UHGV virus genome: UHGV-0039337
Length of the DNA stretch: 64,000 nt
Strand: one strand, 5' to 3'
Origin: a virus
Position numbers and translations under genes: made by a program. Shown in pieces: positions 58,395 to 64,000 of this stretch. Numbering within the stretch: position 1 is the first letter of the stretch; every line of letters begins with the position of its first letter. The notes beneath the pieces were generated by a model that was given only the letters and a program-made list of their open reading frames with translations, ran no database searches and was not told the DNA's origin.

Positions 58395-58415
58395 TTTTAA
58401 GTCTCGCGACTATTA
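58395..58415 (-). promoter_or_regulatory. conserved pre-RBS box copy 6 (TAATAGTCGCGAGACTTAAAA)
   Basis: Upstream of TAGGAGG-ATG of 57260-58378. Confidence 0.5.
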
Positions 58416-58421
58416 ATTAAT

Positions 58422-58446
58422 AAAGGGCTTTAAGGATTAACTCTTT
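58422..58446 (-). terminator. terminator-like hairpin AAAGAG-(TTAATCCTTAAAG)-CCCTTT plus AGAACCATAG box, copy 3
   Basis: Downstream of the stop of 58503-60242. Confidence 0.4.
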
Positions 58447-58502
58447 TAGAACCATAGTAATATAAAAAGACACCCGTATTTCTACGAGTGCCTTACGTAT
58501 GT

Positions 58503-60242
58503 CTATTTGTTTTCTGATAAATTTATTTTTTGATCTGCTATAATGACAGATTTAAAGCATATTGTATTAGTTACTAAGAAGTCATCTGAGTTATTGAAGT
58601 ATGCTTCATTTACTTTAGCTGCTGCTGTTATACTTCCATCTTCTGCTATTGCGATTACTCCATAGTTTTTTGGTACTCTTGCTATTCTTAATACTGTTGC
58701 GTTTTTAGCACTATTATATCCTACAGCTGTATCGTTTTCTAAATCTTCTACTTTAGCTTCTGCCCATATTGAGAACTTGCATACATCCTTACTATAACTT
58801 TCTATTGGTAAAACTGTTGCCTTAGGATATCTGTCAAGTATAGTTTGTAAAGGATTGTATAATGCTACTACTTCACCGTCATTTACTTTAACTTGTCCAT
58901 TTTGGAACGCACTTACAATATGAAGCATGCCACCATATCCGTATCCGTTTGTTATGTCTATTATTTCGCCTTCTTCAATGTCTATTTCTGTTTCGTAGTC
59001 AACTGGAACTTCTATAGTATCTTTACCTGCATATTGTGCTACAAATACATCTCCAAATAGCATTGCAGTTTTCCAGATGTCTATTTTATATTCATGGTCA
59101 GATCCTATTGCTGGTATAATGTATACTTCACCTTTTCTAACTTTTACTTCAGATATTGCAAGTTTCATTGCTATTTTAAATACGTCAGATTGGTCTATTT
59201 CTAAATCAGCTGCCATATTATAAATACCTGCTAAACATCTTTCTCTAGTGTCGTTGTCCATGTCCATTACATTGTCTTGTGCTTCTCCTATTACTGTTGC
59301 TAATAGGAAATTATTTCTTTCTGTTAAGTCTATATTATCGTATTGTTTATAGCTGTCATAGCTGCATTCTTTTTCTAATAAGTCAATAAATCCTCTCATA
59401 GATTCTTCCATAGTGTCAACTGCAGCTTGTTTTAATAATCCTATTGCATCTTCTTTAAAATCTTTGCCATCATATTCGTCGCTTACTTCTATAGTGTAGT
59501 TTTCTTTAGTTCTTCTGTAGTCTTTAATGTTTGATTGTAATTTCTTTATTGCGCCTATTACTGTAATGTGTGGGCTAATTAATTGTTTCATTGTAGTATA
59601 AAATGTATAGTCCACATGTTTAGTTACGTCTATAGTTTGTTCTCCTAACCCTCTAGTTAAGAACACAAACTCTCTTTGGAATCTTTCTAATTCTTTTAAT
59701 GTCGTATTAGCATTTATAGCATTAAGTGCCATTTCTGCTTTTCTTAAATAAAAGTCATTAACACCATAGACATATCTTTTCATGTTGTATTTATTTTCTG
59801 CTAACATTATGTCATTTTCATCATAGATAGGTTCTAATGTTGCTCCTGCTCTAGATTCTACTATTTCAGCAGCTTTTTCAAAGTTTACGCATTTAGTTTG
59901 TCTGTCCCATACTTTCCAGTATAGGCCGCTGTACATTAATGCTACGTCAACTGCATTTTGTCCTAGCACTCCGTCTTCGTTTACAAATTGTCTAAAGTCT
60001 AACGCGCATACATTCATGCCAGTTCTTATAGTACTTGCTATTTCGTCGCCTAGTGCTTGAGTTGACATTATTAATCCCATTTCGTCTTTTACTATTTTGA
60101 CATTAACTTTATTATTTATTATTTCTTTCTTAGTCATTTCAAATCTTTCACTAGTTGCTTTTTCTATTCTTTTAGCATTATTTCTTTCCATTAATTTTCT
60201 TCCTAAAGTATTAGTAGTTGATAGTTTCATAAAATTCACCAT
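58503..60242 (-). CDS. large hypothetical virion-module protein (579 aa; possible major structural protein)
   Basis: Long ORF, GC-richer, between the RNAP-like gene and the head-module genes. Confidence 0.55.
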   Translation of the reverse strand: MVNFMKLSTTNTLGRKLMERNNAKRIEKATSERFEMTKKEIINNKVNVKIVKDEMGLIMSTQALGDEIASTIRTGMNVCALDFRQFVNEDGVLGQNAVDVALMYSGLYWKVWDRQTKCVNFEKAAEIVESRAGATLEPIYDENDIMLAENKYNMKRYVYGVNDFYLRKAEMALNAINANTTLKELERFQREFVFLTRGLGEQTIDVTKHVDYTFYTTMKQLISPHITVIGAIKKLQSNIKDYRRTKENYTIEVSDEYDGKDFKEDAIGLLKQAAVDTMEESMRGFIDLLEKECSYDSYKQYDNIDLTERNNFLLATVIGEAQDNVMDMDNDTRERCLAGIYNMAADLEIDQSDVFKIAMKLAISEVKVRKGEVYIIPAIGSDHEYKIDIWKTAMLFGDVFVAQYAGKDTIEVPVDYETEIDIEEGEIIDITNGYGYGGMLHIVSAFQNGQVKVNDGEVVALYNPLQTILDRYPKATVLPIESYSKDVCKFSIWAEAKVEDLENDTAVGYNSAKNATVLRIARVPKNYGVIAIAEDGSITAAAKVNEAYFNNSDDFLVTNTICFKSVIIADQKINLSENK

Positions 60243-60304
60243 TTATTACTCCTTATTGGAGTAACCCTTTCATAATAATTTTTTAATAATAAAATAAATA
60301 AAAT

Positions 60305-60339
60305 GAGGGCAGCATTCTGTCCATTGGATGCTTACCCTC
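60305..60339 (-). terminator. hairpin GAGGG...CCCTC followed by T-rich tract on minus strand
   Basis: Minus strand reads GAGGGTAAGCATCCAATGGACAGAATGCTGCCCTCATTTTATTTATTTTATT, downstream of 60355-62538. Confidence 0.4.
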
Positions 60340-60354
60340 TTGTGTATTTGGAAA

Positions 60355-62538
60355 TTATAATAAACTGCTAATGTCCATGTTGCTTAAATATTCAGCTGTT
60401 TGTTGCTCGTCTTGTTTTTCTTCTGTCGCAAACATAGGAGTATTCATGTTATATTCTATTAATGCAGCGTATCCTATGTTGTTTTCTCTTACTCTTTTTC
60501 TGACTATTAAACTTGTGTAGTCATTTATTATTTCTCCGTCATAATATAATCCTGTCACTATTTTGCCATCTTCTAATACTGTAAATTCAGGATATATTAC
60601 AGTCACATCATCTCCGTCAAAATCTGATCCTGCTAATTGATGTTTAACTGTGTTGTCTTGTGCTAAGATGATACAATTATTAGGGCATTCATTTATGAAT
60701 TGCATATATTCTGGAGTTATGCCTCTTACTGCTATTTCTTCAGATAGTACCATATAAAATACTTCAAACTCATTATCACCTTGAGATGGAGATTTTATTG
60801 CTGTTGCTATTCTCATATTATTTAGTACTGTGTCTTTTTCTTCTTGTGTCATTGCAACATTTGCTTCTAATTGTTCTTTCGTTTGTCTGTATTCTCTTTC
60901 GAATGCACTACTATAAACTTCTAATGCTCTAACTTTCATAGTTTCACCTGTTGGCATTACATAGCTTACTAATTTTGATCCTAATACTTCTTTGCAGTCA
61001 TTCAATAAGTGATCTTCTGGGACCATTCTTAGATAATTGGAATTGATAGAAAGTTTTAAGTTTGCAACTCTATTTAATAATGCAGTGTCAAGTTGTTTAA
61101 TCTTAAAGTTGTTTAATAACTTATCTTCTTCTGCTCTTTCAGGTGCTAGGTTATAACAGTTAAAGTATGCTGTATTACTTAATCTTACAACATTATTTTC
61201 AAAACTTACTTTACCTTTAGCAGCTTCAGCTTCCACTAATTGTCTTTCAGTAATAGCTTTTACATATTTTATTGCATCTTCTAAGTCATCACGCAATTTA
61301 AATACAATCTGAGTTCCCATGTTGCCGTTAGTTCTATTTGACATATTTACTAAGCCTATTTCCATTGGGTCTATTGTGTCTTTTTCTACAATGTATTTTC
61401 CCCATTTAAAAGTATCTTTATCTGCCATTATGTTTATCTTAGCTGCTAATTTTACTAATTCTTTATCAGATAATTTAGTTAAGTCAACTTTATGTCCATC
61501 TTCCCAGCAGTAGCATTTATTTATGTCTAGACTCATCATCATTTTCATTGCTTTAACTTTTTGGTTTAAGTGATATGCTTTACCATGTCCTTTACCTGCT
61601 GCACCTTTTATTCTTCCTTGTATACTCATTCTTCTAGCTTGTGCTAATGATACTTTTTCTCCTGTTAGTTCGCTTACTATTTCGCTTACCATTCTATCTC
61701 CAAACACAAAGTATCCGTCTCTAAAGTTATTGTCAATGCTTTTTACTTCTGTATTTTCATCTTCAGATTGTATACTACCATTAAAGTAAAATACATTATT
61801 AGTTTTTCCAGCTTCTGTCCATAGTGTAGGAGTTGTTGCACATAAACTTATTCTTGATGCTATACCTGCTAAACTGTCAAAGTCCATATCTCCTTTAGCT
61901 GATTCTTTTTCCAATACTTCTGCTAATAATCCTCCTGTTAGATTGTTCATAGTCTCGAATTGTAAATCAGCATCATGGTTTGTAAAATAAACTTTAGACT
62001 TTTTGCCCATAGATGCGCTACCACTAGCTGGATAGAATGTTTGTCCATAGTTGTCTAATTTTAGTCCTGACAATCTTAGATCTTCATATTTTGATTCAGC
62101 ATTTTTAAATGATACTAATACTATGTTGTTGTACAATTTATAAGCAGATTCAGTTGGACCAGTTACTACTTGTCTAGTATTTCCTTCTCTGTCTATTTTT
62201 ACTTCTATTTGTTTAACTTCATTGTTTAATTCTCCAAATGCCAACACGACTGGACTATTTCCAACTGTTTGATATCCTGTTTCAATATGTCCAACATCGT
62301 CAATGTCTACAGTTTGTACTACTATAAAGTTAGCATTTCCCATTTCATCTTCGTACATTTTGTGCATTGCTTTTCTTTGTAATCTTTCAATGTTTGCTGC
62401 ACTTAAACTGTTGTTTGTTTTGCTTACGTTTTTTCTGATTCCTTTAAAATTATTAGTAGTAGATTTAGTCATAATGACCTCCTTTGCCCACGTATTAGCC
62501 AATACGCAGGACTTTGTGTTACTGCACTTCTTTACCAT
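60355..62538 (-). CDS. 727-aa protein with multisubunit-RNAP-like catalytic motifs (candidate single-chain two-barrel RNA polymerase of the YonO type, or beta-prime-like fragment); alternative: portal/other virion protein
   Basis: Near the C-terminus, LAGSDFDGDDVTVIYPE parallels the universal beta-prime motif NADFDGDQMAVHVP. Mid-protein, IQGRIKGAAGKGHGKAY loosely parallels the beta DPBB motif AGRHGNKGV. Confidence 0.35.
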   Translation of the reverse strand: MVKKCSNTKSCVLANTWAKEVIMTKSTTNNFKGIRKNVSKTNNSLSAANIERLQRKAMHKMYEDEMGNANFIVVQTVDIDDVGHIETGYQTVGNSPVVLAFGELNNEVKQIEVKIDREGNTRQVVTGPTESAYKLYNNIVLVSFKNAESKYEDLRLSGLKLDNYGQTFYPASGSASMGKKSKVYFTNHDADLQFETMNNLTGGLLAEVLEKESAKGDMDFDSLAGIASRISLCATTPTLWTEAGKTNNVFYFNGSIQSEDENTEVKSIDNNFRDGYFVFGDRMVSEIVSELTGEKVSLAQARRMSIQGRIKGAAGKGHGKAYHLNQKVKAMKMMMSLDINKCYCWEDGHKVDLTKLSDKELVKLAAKINIMADKDTFKWGKYIVEKDTIDPMEIGLVNMSNRTNGNMGTQIVFKLRDDLEDAIKYVKAITERQLVEAEAAKGKVSFENNVVRLSNTAYFNCYNLAPERAEEDKLLNNFKIKQLDTALLNRVANLKLSINSNYLRMVPEDHLLNDCKEVLGSKLVSYVMPTGETMKVRALEVYSSAFEREYRQTKEQLEANVAMTQEEKDTVLNNMRIATAIKSPSQGDNEFEVFYMVLSEEIAVRGITPEYMQFINECPNNCIILAQDNTVKHQLAGSDFDGDDVTVIYPEFTVLEDGKIVTGLYYDGEIINDYTSLIVRKRVRENNIGYAALIEYNMNTPMFATEEKQDEQQTAEYLSNMDISSLL

Positions 62539-62663
62539 AATTATTTTTAGGACATGAGTGCTACATCCCTTTATTTATAGTGTCTTTATATAGACACATA
62601 TAAGCCTATTAATAATTAATAGACCTATATCTATCCATATAAATGGATTTATCTTTTGTATAT

Positions 62664-62689
62664 AAAAAAATCAGTGCTTTAACACTGAT
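62664..62689 (-). terminator. rho-independent terminator ATCAGTG-TTAAAG-CACTGAT plus T7 (minus strand), overlapping the stop codon of 62671-63390
   Basis: 7-bp stem followed by TTTTTTT on the minus strand. Confidence 0.55.
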
Positions 62690-63390
62690 TGTTTAAATTC
62701 TGAAAAAGTTAATATCTTAGCCTTTTTTTGATCCCAATATGTTGATGCATATTCTTTTGTCCATTTCGCTAGATCAAAGTCTACGCAATTAGCTGGTACA
62801 AATCTGTCTATATATTTCCAGTATTTTTTCGCTAGGTTTATATGACCTTTTTTTCTCCAAGTGTCGCTTAACATATTGTGCATAATATATAAGTCATCTG
62901 GATTTATTTTTAATCCATATTTTTCAGATGACTTTATGCATCTGAAATATACAGTAGGACCGTTTAATGAACCTAATGTAATTTCATTATTGCTTATATC
63001 CTTTACAGCTTCCTTAAAAATTGATAATCTTCCATTGTTGTAAGCTATCTTTTTGAAGTTTTGATCGAATCTTTTAATGTGTTCATGCACACTATAGTCA
63101 ATTACGATTATGTCTAAACTTTCTCCATCTAGTTCATCTCTCAAAACGTCAATGATATGAGATTTCTTATTGCTATAATCTTTTTTATATTCATCTTTTA
63201 AGTCTTTTATAGATATAAAAAGGTCTATATCGTAGAACTCTTTATCGTAATAGCAATCAGCTAAAGATCCTCCAGCTGCTGTTATTGGACCGTATTTTGC
63301 AGACATAATCTCTACTGTCTTTCTTATTTTATTGAATCTTTCATTATTTCTTATTTTTTTCATTATTTCCTTTGCAGTTATTTTTTTCAT
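62671..63390 (-). CDS. nucleotidyltransferase-fold protein (pol-beta superfamily GS...DxD signature)
   Basis: ITAAGGSLADCYYDKEFYDIDLFI fits hG[GS]-x(9-13)-D-h-[DE]-h. Confidence 0.45.
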   Translation of the reverse strand: MKKITAKEIMKKIRNNERFNKIRKTVEIMSAKYGPITAAGGSLADCYYDKEFYDIDLFISIKDLKDEYKKDYSNKKSHIIDVLRDELDGESLDIIVIDYSVHEHIKRFDQNFKKIAYNNGRLSIFKEAVKDISNNEITLGSLNGPTVYFRCIKSSEKYGLKINPDDLYIMHNMLSDTWRKKGHINLAKKYWKYIDRFVPANCVDFDLAKWTKEYASTYWDQKKAKILTFSEFKQSVLKH

Positions 63391-63472
63391 AATTAAACCT
63401 CCCTATTATTGGTAAAATTAATGCTCATTAGTACTTACGTATGATAACGTTTTCCTAATGAGCATACACATA

Positions 63473-63808
63473 TTAGTATACTTCTATGTTGCTTATATCC
63501 ATTCCGTACATATCTCTATCTATAGCATCACGGTATGGATAAAAGGTGAATGTAAAATAATACAATTCACCTTTTGCAACAGTACGTTTAAATCCATAAG
63601 GATAGTCGCACTGTTGCAACCAACAATGATCTATCTCATATTCTTCATTGTTGACACTGAATTGAATGTCTTTCAATAATAAATTTTGTTTTATTCCTTT
63701 AGATGTTTTCTTTCTTGTTATTTCTTTTACATAAGCACTACCTTGTAGCTCTATACTATTGTCACTTAATATTTTTACCATTACGCTATTTCTTTCTATT
63801 GCTTTCAT
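63473..63808 (-). CDS. hypothetical protein (start probably ATG 63808 with GGGGTG RBS; track ORF extends to 63862 and would overlap the upstream gene)
   Basis: MKAIERNSVMVKIL... Confidence 0.45.
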   Translation of the reverse strand: MKAIERNSVMVKILSDNSIELQGSAYVKEITRKKTSKGIKQNLLLKDIQFSVNNEEYEIDHCWLQQCDYPYGFKRTVAKGELYYFTFTFYPYRDAIDRDMYGMDISNIEVY

Positions 63809-63827
63809 ACATAACACCCCTTTATAT

Positions 63828-64000
63828 TTATTTATTAGTATGTTGAATGTTTTCATCTTCATATAAGTAATCTATTATACTATCGTAGTATGCTAATATG
63901 CTACTTATATTTAGTCTTCCGTCATCTCTTACAAAGTCTTCTATATGAGTACAAACATATTCTGCATGATATTCAAATACTCTTTTGTTATATGGAAGAT
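63828..64000 (-). CDS. C-terminal part of a gene entering from beyond the window end (…LAYYDSIIDYLYEDENIQHTNK*)
   Basis: Open frame on minus strand from 64000 to stop at 63828-63830; not in track (partial). Confidence 0.4.
   Translation of the reverse strand, partial: LPYNKRVFEYHAEYVCTHIEDFVRDDGRLNISSILAYYDSIIDYLYEDENIQHTNK

Noticed and set aside
60355-62538. Calling the 727-aa protein a portal or large terminase on the basis of position alone
   Set aside because: No Walker A, terminase nuclease or portal motifs could be seen. The DFDGD-containing segment is better explained by RNAP homology. The portal possibility is kept only as an alternative.

Overview
This 64-kb window is visibly AT-rich and gene-dense. 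Almost every gene is on the minus strand, with a single plus-strand gene at 23080-23754. The content reads as a segment of a large tailed phage, prophage or phage-like megaelement of a low-GC, probably spore-forming Firmicute (Clostridium-like).

Recognisable genes include:
- a GyrB-like topoisomerase fragment;
- a bacterial-type PARG macrodomain protein;
- SSB;
- a clpX gene split by a group I intron carrying a LAGLIDADG homing endonuclease, followed by clpP;
- a sigma-70 family factor, a PIN-PhoH (YlaK-like) ATPase and a HicA-like toxin;
- a tRNA-like gene with an aberrant anticodon arm and a tRNA minihelix;
- ferritin, AAA+ and small P-loop ATPases;
- a metallophosphoesterase and an S51-like peptidase;
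- a RusA-like protein, the lone plus-strand gene;
- a signal-peptide Amidase_3;
- a YyaC-like sporulation protein;
- an ISL3-like insertion sequence carrying a YopX gene;
- an AP2/HNH-type endonuclease-like protein;
- a GH13 alpha-amylase.

The 3' third (about 52-64 kb) looks like a virion or late module. Its genes are relatively GC-richer and are separated by a repeated intergenic cassette: a terminator hairpin with a conserved loop, then a conserved TAGTC-N4-GACTTTAAA box immediately upstream of the RBS. It also contains a 727-aa protein with RNA-polymerase-like DFDGD and GxGHGK motifs and an adjacent nucleotidyltransferase-fold protein.

The 28-51 kb stretch is an accessory region rich in paralogous small-protein families. 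Examples are six copies with a conserved PINL.SL.NT N-terminus, a Cys-rich triad and tandem duplicates.

All functional calls are from motif reading by eye, with no database search. Numbers such as GC content are visual estimates.
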